From Candidatus Hydrogenedentota bacterium (GTDB taxonomy: Bacteria; Hydrogenedentota; Hydrogenedentia; Hydrogenedentales; SLHB01), in assembly GCA_045863335.1 (NCBI GenBank), contig BTVY01000004.1, positions 32,001 to 96,000 of the forward strand: a stretch of DNA of 64,000 bases. Direction: 5' to 3'. The translations under genes and the position numbers were made by a program. The notes under the pieces were generated by a model. That model was given only the letters and a program-made list of their open reading frames with translations, ran no database searches and was not told where the DNA came from. Position 1 is the stretch's first letter; each line of letters opens with the position of its first letter. Positions 8,621-16,658 of the stretch are shown piece by piece.

Positions 8621-8765
8621 TTGCCCACAATACCTATCTTGTAATGACGCGGCACCTATTAGTTTAGATCAACTAAATGACTAGGTGCTTTTCTTTTTCT
8701 GTTTACGTTCAGTAATCACTCTTGCCAATCTCCCCCTGTCCGATAGAATGGAATGGCCCATAGAG

Positions 8766-10328
8766 TCAGTCTGAAAAATAGTCTTCCTCTTGACCGCCTT
8801 CCGACACCATGTCCATATTTTCCACATTTGTACGGCAATGTTTGATCACCCCGGCAAGCATTGCCTCCAAAGTTCGAAGTCTGCCTCGATACGGGTCACC
8901 GTTTGTCGGTTTTCGCCGATTAGCGATGATGTCGAAGGGAGAGGATAGCTCAACCACAACGTTTCTTTCGTTCACCGCCAGGTTCGAAGTCAGCGTTCCG
9001 AGCAATTCTCGCTTCGTGTCTTTTAGAGCCATTTCGTAAAGCACTGGAGCCGAATTTGCCCGTTCGAAGATCTCACGCACCCGATATAGGACATCATTTG
9101 CAGAGGACTCCAATTCTGTCCGGGCTTTTTCAGCCGCCATCCGGTCGGCAATCAGGTTCTCCTTTCTTTCTTCATACATTTTGCGGTCAATAGCCTGATC
9201 GAGATAGGCGTCGGTCAGTCGGTTGAGTCTGTCTGTGACTCGTTTAATCCGAAGTTCCAGGGCTTTGGTCAGTCCGGCTTTCGTTTCTAACCACGACGCC
9301 CGATGCGCATCGATGAGTTGGGTCAACTTCTTCCTTTCGCGATCGGAGAATTCCAGAGAGCCTAGTGTTGCGACTACCGCTACATCTATGGCTTCCTCAC
9401 GGACGCCTTTCGTCGGACAAGTTCGAGAGTGGCACCGGTAGTAAGTGTGCCCCTTCTGGCATTCCCCAGACATCGTATAGCCGCAATGACGGCATGTGAT
9501 GAGTTTTCGGTAGAGGAAGCTATTTCTTCGCGTGCGAACGGGTGTCCGGCCGGTGAGAATGGCTTGAACACGGTCAAAGACGATACGGCTGATTAAAGGT
9601 TCATGATTGCCCTCGAAAACTTCGCGGGTTCGGGCGAGTCGGATCAGACCCGTATAGAAGGGATTGTTCAAGAGCCTTGAAATGCCGTTCAGCGAAATAC
9701 TCGTTCCGTGACGGTTACGAAGGCCTGATTGATGCAATTCCGCCCGAAGCGTGTCCAGCGTATATCGGCCGGTGGCGTACAGATCAAAAGCCCGCTTCAC
9801 CGACGGTGCCGTCGATGGGTCGAGAGTCTTCTTGGCGCCACCGCCATTATCCAAGTATCCAAGTGGGGCAGGCAACGGATAAAACCCTTGTTTCAGCCGG
9901 CCATAGAAGCCCTTGCGGCTTTCCTCTCGGAGATTCCGAATGTAGTCAGCAGCAACGACAGCCTGAATGTCTGCCGATAATCTTCCGCCACGCGTGTGCA
10001 GATCCAAGCCTTCATTCGCAAAGTGGATCTTTATCCCCCTATCGATGAGTTCACCGAGCTTTGCCCAGTCGCGTAGATTCCGGGCGCTACGGTCGATCTT
10101 GTGAATGACGATTCCGCTGGCCTTCCCTTGTCTTAACCGGCTTAACATTTGGCCGAAGACCGGCCGACCGCTCTTGGCCGCTGTCTGGCGCTCTTCGAAC
10201 CATTCCACGATCTCTAACGATTCGCGCTCGCAGTAGCGCACAATGGCGTCTCGTTGCTCCTGGAGCGAAACGCCCTTTTCTCCTTGTTTGACGGTGGATA
10301 CGCGCACATAGGCGAAGACTTTGTTCAT
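8766..10328 (-). CDS. Large serine recombinase (resolvase, recombinase, zinc-ribbon and coiled-coil domains)
   Basis: YVRVST catalytic motif, KIDRSARN, PAPLGY, NPFYTG, HEPLIS, CRHCG...YYRC....C. Confidence 0.95.
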   Translation of the reverse strand: MNKVFAYVRVSTVKQGEKGVSLQEQRDAIVRYCERESLEIVEWFEERQTAAKSGRPVFGQMLSRLRQGKASGIVIHKIDRSARNLRDWAKLGELIDRGIKIHFANEGLDLHTRGGRLSADIQAVVAADYIRNLREESRKGFYGRLKQGFYPLPAPLGYLDNGGGAKKTLDPSTAPSVKRAFDLYATGRYTLDTLRAELHQSGLRNRHGTSISLNGISRLLNNPFYTGLIRLARTREVFEGNHEPLISRIVFDRVQAILTGRTPVRTRRNSFLYRKLITCRHCGYTMSGECQKGHTYYRCHSRTCPTKGVREEAIDVAVVATLGSLEFSDRERKKLTQLIDAHRASWLETKAGLTKALELRIKRVTDRLNRLTDAYLDQAIDRKMYEERKENLIADRMAAEKARTELESSANDVLYRVREIFERANSAPVLYEMALKDTKRELLGTLTSNLAVNERNVVVELSSPFDIIANRRKPTNGDPYRGRLRTLEAMLAGVIKHCRTNVENMDMVSEGGQEEDYFSD

Positions 10329-10564
10329 CGTCGCTTTGGATTAGTGATTGGTGATGATCGGATCGTAGATCGCGATTCGGAATCTGTCAACGGTGGGGTT
10401 GTGGACTGATTCACGCTATCTTGTTCGGCCTGCTCACAGATGCGGATAGCGACCTCCACAAACCGCCGGAGATTCTCCTCCGCGATCTCCAATTGTTCTT
10501 CGGAAAGCTCTGGGTACAGTCCGGCCAATTCCGCCCGCGAAGGCCTCTCCTTGTCGCTATTCAT
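10325..10564 (-). CDS. Small protein translationally coupled to the recombinase (possible directionality or regulatory factor)
   Basis: ATGA overlap with the recombinase start; paralogue at 7386-7541. Confidence 0.65.
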   Translation of the reverse strand: MNSDKERPSRAELAGLYPELSEEQLEIAEENLRRFVEVAIRICEQAEQDSVNQSTTPPLTDSESRSTIRSSPITNPKRR

Positions 10565-10677
10565 GACTGCAGTTTGCCTGAAACGAAATGTGAGAGAGAG
10601 GCAGTGCTTCTTTACCCATCCAACAAGATCGAACGCCTACGATGCCCTCGCCCGGACCGGCACAATGGTCACACACT

Positions 10678-11991
10678 ATGGCTAAGTCATACAAAGAATC
10701 ATCCCTCAGTCTGGCAAAGGCGTCTCCATCCAAACCGCTCGCTTCGGCAACCCTTGCGGACGGTGGTCTACTGGAGACCCTCTACGATCCAATCGAGAAG
10801 CGGACAAGTTTTTGTCTCGCGAGGGAAGGCAAATGGAAGACTGCTTCGGAGATCGTGATCGATCGTCAGAAGTTTGTGCCGTATTCGCCGGAGAATAATC
10901 TTATCCAACACGGCACGGTACTGTTTCCTTCGGCCGTGGAAGAGTACGGAACCGAAGCGGAGTTGGTACAAGACATCAGGGAGTTCATTCGCCGCTATGT
11001 GGACTTGTCTCCACTTTTCGAAGAGGTTGCCGCCTATTACGTCCTGTTCACGTGGCTCTACGATAGTTTCAATGAATTGCCATATCTCCGCGCAATGGGT
11101 GACTACGGCTCGGGTAAGACTCGGTTCCTGCTAACGGTTGGGTCTATCTGCTATCTGCCTATCTTTGCGAGTGGTGCTTCCACCGTCTCACCCTTGTTCC
11201 GAATCCTGGATGCGTTTCGGGGTACGCTCATCATTGACGAGGCCGACCTTCGTTGGAGTGATGAGCGGGCGGATATGGTCAAAATCCTGAACAACGGGAA
11301 TGCGCGCGGGTTCCCGGTACTACGAACGGAACTCACACCTACTCGGGAATTAAACCCCGTCGCGTACTCCGTATTCGGACCCAAGTTGGTGGCGACACGC
11401 GCTGAATTCAGCGACAAGGCGCTGGAAAGCCGGTTTCTAACCGAACGGATGGGCGTACGCCCGCTCCGAGCGGATATCCCTATCAACCTACCCAAATCGC
11501 TTTGGCAGGAAGCCCGAAATCTGCGTAACAAGCTGCTTGCTTTTCGTATTCGAAATCATTCGCTCGTGCGGCCCCTGGAGGGTGTCGCAGACGCCAATTT
11601 AGAGCCCAGACTGAACCAGATATTTTCCCCGCTCCTAAGTGTGATCCAGGAACCCGAGGCACGTGATAAGATTCGGTCACTCATCCGGCAATACAACCGG
11701 CAGGTGATTTCCGAGCGGGGTATGACGGCGGAGGCACAAGTTTTGGAGGTGATGCGTGCGCTTCTGAACGCCAACGAACCACTGTCTGTTAAGGTCATAA
11801 CGGAACGTTTCGCCAATCTTCATGAAGCCGAGTATCAACGAAAGATCACGCCAAGATGGATTGGTTGGCTTATCCGGCAGCGCTTGGGCTTCTCGACAAA
11901 CAAGACCAACGGAACTTTTGTCGTATCAAACCTCGATCCCGAAGTTCTTGAGAGATTGGAAGCAAAGTATGGTTTGAAGTCGCTCGATTAA
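10678..11991 (+). CDS. P-loop ATPase of mobile elements (primase-associated helicase-like replication protein)
   Basis: Walker A GDYGSGKT, Walker B TLIIDEAD, ALESR arginine-finger-like motif. Start chosen at ATG 10678. Confidence 0.75.
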   Translation: MAKSYKESSLSLAKASPSKPLASATLADGGLLETLYDPIEKRTSFCLAREGKWKTASEIVIDRQKFVPYSPENNLIQHGTVLFPSAVEEYGTEAELVQDIREFIRRYVDLSPLFEEVAAYYVLFTWLYDSFNELPYLRAMGDYGSGKTRFLLTVGSICYLPIFASGASTVSPLFRILDAFRGTLIIDEADLRWSDERADMVKILNNGNARGFPVLRTELTPTRELNPVAYSVFGPKLVATRAEFSDKALESRFLTERMGVRPLRADIPINLPKSLWQEARNLRNKLLAFRIRNHSLVRPLEGVADANLEPRLNQIFSPLLSVIQEPEARDKIRSLIRQYNRQVISERGMTAEAQVLEVMRALLNANEPLSVKVITERFANLHEAEYQRKITPRWIGWLIRQRLGFSTNKTNGTFVVSNLDPEVLERLEAKYGLKSLD

Positions 11992-12014
11992 CCAGTCCAG
12001 TGATTCACTCCGTG

Positions 12015-12049
12015 TACCCCTGCGAAGTCCCTGAAGTCCCGATGTCCAC
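12015..12049. repeat. Inverted copy of the GACTTCx3 motif (candidate iteron/origin)
   Basis: The reverse complement GTGGACATCGGGACTTCAGGGACTTCGCAGGGGTA aligns to 5552, 7089 and 8202. Confidence 0.65.
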
Positions 12050-12147
12050 AGAAACTTGCCGGTGTAGGCAAAGCAAACACCCTTCGGAGTCGCTCATCTT
12101 GCGGTAAACTGGAAAGGCACAAAGGTCGAAATTATTCGCAAACAAAC

Positions 12148-12507
12148 TTGCATGAAGTGTCATCTCCACAGTTCCTCCCCAACTACATTCGTTCGCATCG
12201 AAAGCAGCTGAATCTGACACAAGATGAAGTGGCATTCTTGATGGGTTGTGTTAGCAGCGCCAGCGTGTCTCGCTACGAGCGTTTTGCTCGAACGCCCACT
12301 TTGAAGAGTGCCCTTTGGTTTGAACACATACTTCAAGTTCCGGCTCGAGAGCTATTTGCGGGCACGTTTGAGACGGTAAGAAAATCGACGCATGCCCATG
12401 CTCGCGTTCTAGCACGGCAAGTCGAGCGAAAGTGCCCAGCCGGTCCGGCTCGTGACCGCAAACTGAAAGCACTTCTCGCAATTATAAGGACCACCGAATC
12501 TCGATAG
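12148..12507 (+). CDS. XRE-family HTH regulator
   Basis: IRSHRKQLNLTQDEVAFLMG...VSRYERFARTP. Confidence 0.85.
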   Translation: MHEVSSPQFLPNYIRSHRKQLNLTQDEVAFLMGCVSSASVSRYERFARTPTLKSALWFEHILQVPARELFAGTFETVRKSTHAHARVLARQVERKCPAGPARDRKLKALLAIIRTTESR

Positions 12508-12509
12508 CC

Positions 12510-13049
12510 ATGTCTGTGGGCACGGGAATTCGCACGCTTGCGATCCACATTGATTACCGGGGTTTTGGCTATATCGTTTTGGAGGGCGGGAACCGGTTGG
12601 TCGATTGGGGGACCAAACAGACAACAGGGGCGGGGCGCAAGAAGACGCTCGATGTTGTTGCGGACCTCGTTGTCCTCTACCAGCCTGACTACGTACTTCT
12701 TGAAGACTTGATTCACGATACGCATCGCCGAAGTGCCCGCGCCGTTCTTCTGACGAGAAAGATCGCAATACACATGGTGGAAAGCGGCAAAGATTGCCGA
12801 CTCGTACCGACAGAACTCATCAAGTCCACTTTTCGCCGATGGGGCGCCAATACGAAGCAGGAGCGGGCCAACCTCATCTCTAGGCAGTTGCCGGTGTTGG
12901 AACCGCGCCTGCCCCCGCCGCGCAAGCCCTGGATGAGCGAAGATGCGCGCATGAGCATTTTTTCGGCCGCGACTGTTGCTTTGACGTTCCTTGACAACTA
13001 CCGATTCATAAACGCGCCACAGACTAACCGCGATCAAGATGAAGCGTGA
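12510..13049 (+). CDS. RuvC/RNase H-fold-like protein
   Basis: TLAIHIDYRGFGYIVLEG..LVDWG, PDYVLLED and GANTKQE pattern. Confidence 0.55.
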   Translation: MSVGTGIRTLAIHIDYRGFGYIVLEGGNRLVDWGTKQTTGAGRKKTLDVVADLVVLYQPDYVLLEDLIHDTHRRSARAVLLTRKIAIHMVESGKDCRLVPTELIKSTFRRWGANTKQERANLISRQLPVLEPRLPPPRKPWMSEDARMSIFSAATVALTFLDNYRFINAPQTNRDQDEA

Positions 13050-13482
13050 ACCGCGGGTGCTGGGCGTTGCGTCTGCTGCTCGCGCCTGTGGACTCGTCGT
13101 CCTTGAAGGCTCCGACATCGTCTATTACTGGGCCGTACCGTACGACCGCTCCAAGTCTCCTGTCCAGAATTTCGCTGCGATACGAAAGCGGCTCGTATCC
13201 GTGACAAACTACCTTCGTCCGAGTCAAATTGCCCTTTCTATGCGGGAGTACGTGCGTTCTAGAGACCGTGCGATTGTTGATTGCGTGTTCGCGGAAGCGC
13301 AATGGCTAGCTCGCACCCACCAGATCCGGTTCCGGTCGATCGATGTTCACAATAGATTCCGGACCAATCTTCGATTGGCCGAGCTATCCCGTATGTCATT
13401 GCCTACCGGCGCGCGCCGTTCACTTCACCTGGCTTATGAGGCTGCCTGGGCGGTCTATCACCGTTCCAACCGAGCACGCTGA
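13039..13482 (+). CDS. Degenerate RuvC-like paralogue
   Basis: RVLGVASAARACGLVVLEG resembles the N-terminus of the preceding ORF; genes overlap. Confidence 0.45.
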   Translation: MKREPRVLGVASAARACGLVVLEGSDIVYYWAVPYDRSKSPVQNFAAIRKRLVSVTNYLRPSQIALSMREYVRSRDRAIVDCVFAEAQWLARTHQIRFRSIDVHNRFRTNLRLAELSRMSLPTGARRSLHLAYEAAWAVYHRSNRAR

Positions 13483-13671
13483 GAACTTAAGCCGAACCAA
13501 ACCGCCAACAAGACTTCTTTTCGGGAGCACGACCGTCCCTAAAGCTGCGAGGACCGATTAACCCCCTCGTGGCTTTAGGGCCGGTGGTGCAAACAAAGCA
13601 GAGATCTTTAACAACCCGACAACTAACTTGCGGCCACGCCTGTGGCGTGGTTCGCAGAAAGGAGAATTGAA

Positions 13672-14700
13672 ATGGCGACATTGACACGCGCACATGATGA
13701 GTTGTTCCGGCGCGCGCCGGATACACGGTTCGCGTCACTGGACGATCTTCACTCGCACTGCGATCGGGAGAAGAAGGAGTCCATGGAACGGTGGGTAGTC
13801 CCGGAAAAGTTCCGTTTCGTCGTAGACGGCGGTTATCCCCGGTTGGCCTTCAATGGGGATATGCCGCATACCATGTCCGACTGGAGCTTTTCCCAAGTAT
13901 GCCGCATGGCGGAGGTCCAGAAAGACACAGTGAACCGGCTTACTGCTGAGACCGCCAGTCGAGTGCTTATGGAAACCCTGCCAAGGGGCAGTCGGCCGAT
14001 TCAGGCATTTTCCTTGGGAGAGTCGCTGCGGTCGATTCACGGGGTGAGTTACCGTCGGCTGTACAATGCCGATTTGCTCAACACCGTCCGCGAGCACGCG
14101 GTGGGATTCTCTCCGCCGCAGGTGGCGGCGAATGGCGGCACCGGGTTGTATTGTGGCGAGCAGGACATGTTCTGTTTCCTCGTCGACCCGACCGGCTGGG
14201 TGGAGATCGAGAACGAAGCTTTCGCACCGGGGTTCTTCCTGTGGAATTCGGAGGTTGGCCGGCGGTCCGTGGGGATTCAGAGTTTCTGGTTCCAAGCGGT
14301 CTGCCAGAACCATATCGTCTGGGATGCCATCCCGGCGACGCAATACCACCGAAAGCATACGGCGAATGTCGATACGGCCCTGGACGAGATCCGGGAAACT
14401 ATCGACTACCTCGTTTCCAAACGGGATGAGCGCCGCGATCGCTTCGTTCGTATTGTGCAGCAGGCCATGAACATACGGCTGGACGATGACCTGGAGGAAA
14501 CGTTGCAGACGGTTCAGCAACAAGGTTTCAGCCGATCCCTGGCCAACGCCGCGCTGGAAGCGGCGCAGCGACAGGGCGCATTGACCCTGTTCTCCCTGAT
14601 TGATGCGCTGACGCGGCTTTCCCAGGAACGTCATTCCTACGCCGGAGACCGGGCGGACGCAGACGAACGCGCCGGGAAGTTGCTGGCGCTAGCCGCCTAG
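13672..14700 (+). CDS. DUF932-like mobile-element protein
   Basis: MATLTRAHDELFRR; GLYCGEQDMFCFL; GFFLWNSEVG; AVCQNHIVW; AGGAG RBS. Confidence 0.75.
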   Translation: MATLTRAHDELFRRAPDTRFASLDDLHSHCDREKKESMERWVVPEKFRFVVDGGYPRLAFNGDMPHTMSDWSFSQVCRMAEVQKDTVNRLTAETASRVLMETLPRGSRPIQAFSLGESLRSIHGVSYRRLYNADLLNTVREHAVGFSPPQVAANGGTGLYCGEQDMFCFLVDPTGWVEIENEAFAPGFFLWNSEVGRRSVGIQSFWFQAVCQNHIVWDAIPATQYHRKHTANVDTALDEIRETIDYLVSKRDERRDRFVRIVQQAMNIRLDDDLEETLQTVQQQGFSRSLANAALEAAQRQGALTLFSLIDALTRLSQERHSYAGDRADADERAGKLLALAA

Positions 14701-14830
14701 CTTCCAGCTTGTATCCACGGGCTCATTCCCACTTCTCACCTCGTTGTTTCTCACCCGCACCACCGGCCCAAAACAATGTAGGAAGCAGGCTTGCAGCCGC
14801 TCTTGCCAAAACGATATACCGGGAGGAATC

Positions 14831-15124
14831 ATGGGAGATGTTTGCGATCACAACGACTTGGAGCGCTTCCTGCGGTCGCCCGAAGGGCAGGAACATCTGG
14901 AAGGTTTCCGCAGAACTCTCATCGACCGCTCTATCGTCGATGTGGAGTTCTCTAACGAGATTCATGCCATCGTCTTGACCCTTCATCTGGACAATGGCGA
15001 ATCATTTGCTCTTTGTCAGGCGTCCTTGGAAGTGGACGCCATTCGGAAGGAATTCAGTGAAGTGTTGGAACGGGAGTTCAAAGAGGATTACCCCGATCCG
15101 ACATCGAACGATTCACCCTCGTGA
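14831..15124 (+). CDS. Hypothetical acidic protein
   Basis: GGAGG RBS before ATG 14831; in frame with the track ORF 14744-15124. Confidence 0.6.
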   Translation: MGDVCDHNDLERFLRSPEGQEHLEGFRRTLIDRSIVDVEFSNEIHAIVLTLHLDNGESFALCQASLEVDAIRKEFSEVLEREFKEDYPDPTSNDSPS

Positions 15125-15152
15125 GAACGTCAGAACCGGCCTGGCACTGCGT

Positions 15153-15701
15153 CTATCGTAGCGCCGGGCCTTTTTCTCGTCTCCGATTTCCACCGTTTTT
15201 CCAGTTCGTACTAATGGAAGGTAACCGGCAAATCCCATACTCGCTTCGCGTCCAGGCATAGTCTGAGGACCATACGTCGTTCACGAGGTTGTCGTACCAA
15301 CTGCATCGGCCGGTCATCTGGCAAGAATCGGCACTGATCTGGAGCACGAAGGTTCCCGTTCCGGCCAGGATGTGGGAGTCTACGCGACGGAAGCTTCCAT
15401 AGAAGGCGTTTCGCTTGATAGTCCCGCGGTAGACGAACAAGTCACCCGGTTTGTCTTGGACATGGCCGGTTCCCCAGACGTATCGGCCGAACTGTTGGAG
15501 CAAGGCGTCGATTTTGCGGCTTCTGGAGTTGCCGGAAGGCGTGGGATCATCGAAGCTCACGACCCAGGCGCCGTCTAGGTCCGGAACGTCGCCCACCACG
15601 TGCATACACAGACGAGCGAGTTGCCTTTGGAAGGCCGGTGTAAGTACACGAGCGACGAGCGCGAGAACGTAGGCGGCAATGTTCTGAAAGAGCGACTTCA
15701 T
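15153..15701 (-). CDS. Membrane-anchored beta-barrel protein (Cap15/SMODS-associated effector-like)
   Basis: N-terminal hydrophobic helix, then PDLDGAW followed by alternating beta strands; coupled to the GNAT gene. Confidence 0.5.
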   Translation of the reverse strand: MKSLFQNIAAYVLALVARVLTPAFQRQLARLCMHVVGDVPDLDGAWVVSFDDPTPSGNSRSRKIDALLQQFGRYVWGTGHVQDKPGDLFVYRGTIKRNAFYGSFRRVDSHILAGTGTFVLQISADSCQMTGRCSWYDNLVNDVWSSDYAWTRSEYGICRLPSISTNWKNGGNRRREKGPALR

Positions 15702-16258
15702 GCATGGGTTGTTAAGTCTTTACAATATACGACCATGTCACCGCCTGCCGGAAGGTAACTTTCGACGCTTCCCACATGAAAGAACCCCATCGTTCGGTAG
15801 AACGCGCGGGCTTTGGCGAATTCCGGTGTGGAATAGGTTTCGATAAAGATTTTCATGTATCCAAATTGCTTTGCGAGGCGGCAGGCAAATTTCAGCATTT
15901 GCCTGCCGAGGCCCCGCTTCTGATGGTCCGGGTCCACGGCGAACCATGCCAGCCACACGTTCTGCGGGGGACCCCACAGATATTGATGGAGCCCGACAAC
16001 GCCGTCGATGCGGCCGTCGCGATCGAGCACGAAGTATCGTCGGCCATCATTCAGATCGTGTCGTTGGCAGGTGAAGTGGAATCCAAAGGTCTTCTGGGCC
16101 TGGCCCGCCTCGTCCTGATTCATGGCCCGCCCGATCAGGCGAGTTACCGCCGAGATATCCTCCACCGTCATCGGACGTGGTTCGTGCGCGCGCAGGCCGG
16201 TGGAATCGGACCTACGAGCGACGGTACCGGGCGCAAGGTGGGAGTTGTCCGCAATCAA
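15698..16258 (-). CDS. GNAT acetyltransferase
   Basis: WFAVDPDHQKRGLGRQML and ARAFYRTMGF acetyl-CoA-binding motifs. Confidence 0.9.
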   Translation of the reverse strand: MIADNSHLAPGTVARRSDSTGLRAHEPRPMTVEDISAVTRLIGRAMNQDEAGQAQKTFGFHFTCQRHDLNDGRRYFVLDRDGRIDGVVGLHQYLWGPPQNVWLAWFAVDPDHQKRGLGRQMLKFACRLAKQFGYMKIFIETYSTPEFAKARAFYRTMGFFHVGSVESYLPAGGDMVVYCKDLTTHA

Positions 16259-16277
16259 GAGTTACGATCCTCTGGGA

Positions 16278-16335
16278 AATTTCCCACATGTGGGAAATTA
16301 TACGCGATACCATGATTTCCCGCAAGTGGGAAATC
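16278..16335. promoter_or_regulatory. Tandem 22-bp palindromic operators between the divergent GNAT and XRE genes
   Basis: Perfect palindrome AATTTCCCACATGTGGGAAATT (16278-16299) and near-palindrome GATTTCCCGCAAGTGGGAAATC (16314-16335), 1 bp before the XRE ATG. Confidence 0.75.
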
Positions 16336-16336
16336 G

Positions 16337-16546
16337 ATGAACACATTAGCGAAAAGATTAGGAATTCGGCTGCGAGAACTCCGGGGAGATGAGTCTCAAC
16401 TCCAGTTCTCCAAGAAGCTTGGGATATCGAATTCGTCCCTTAACCGCATGGAATTGGGCGAACAGAACGTCTCTCTAAACACGCTGGAAGTCTTGTGCAA
16501 ACGGCTGAAATGTGATGTAGGGGATCTGTTCGCCGACCGCCGCTGA
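16337..16546 (+). CDS. Small XRE HTH regulator (controller-protein-like)
   Basis: RLRELRGDESQLQFSKKLGISNSSLNRMELGEQNVSL. Confidence 0.88.
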   Translation: MNTLAKRLGIRLRELRGDESQLQFSKKLGISNSSLNRMELGEQNVSLNTLEVLCKRLKCDVGDLFADRR

Positions 16547-16658
16547 CGATGCGCCATTCAGACCCTATTTGAGCCGTTCTCCGATCCTTCACTCTTCATG
16601 CTATTCTGTCACGGGTATGTACCGTTATGAGCCGAAGTGGCGGTTATGTGAGGATCAG

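Noticed and set aside
5551-8899. Boundary repeats as a CRISPR array or canonical integron attC sites
   Set aside because: The repeats are ~230 bp with ~1.3-kb gene-containing intervals. There are no cas genes and no tyrosine integron integrase.
13735-14634. 299-aa - strand ORF
   Set aside because: Antisense to the DUF932-like gene, which has an RBS and family motifs.
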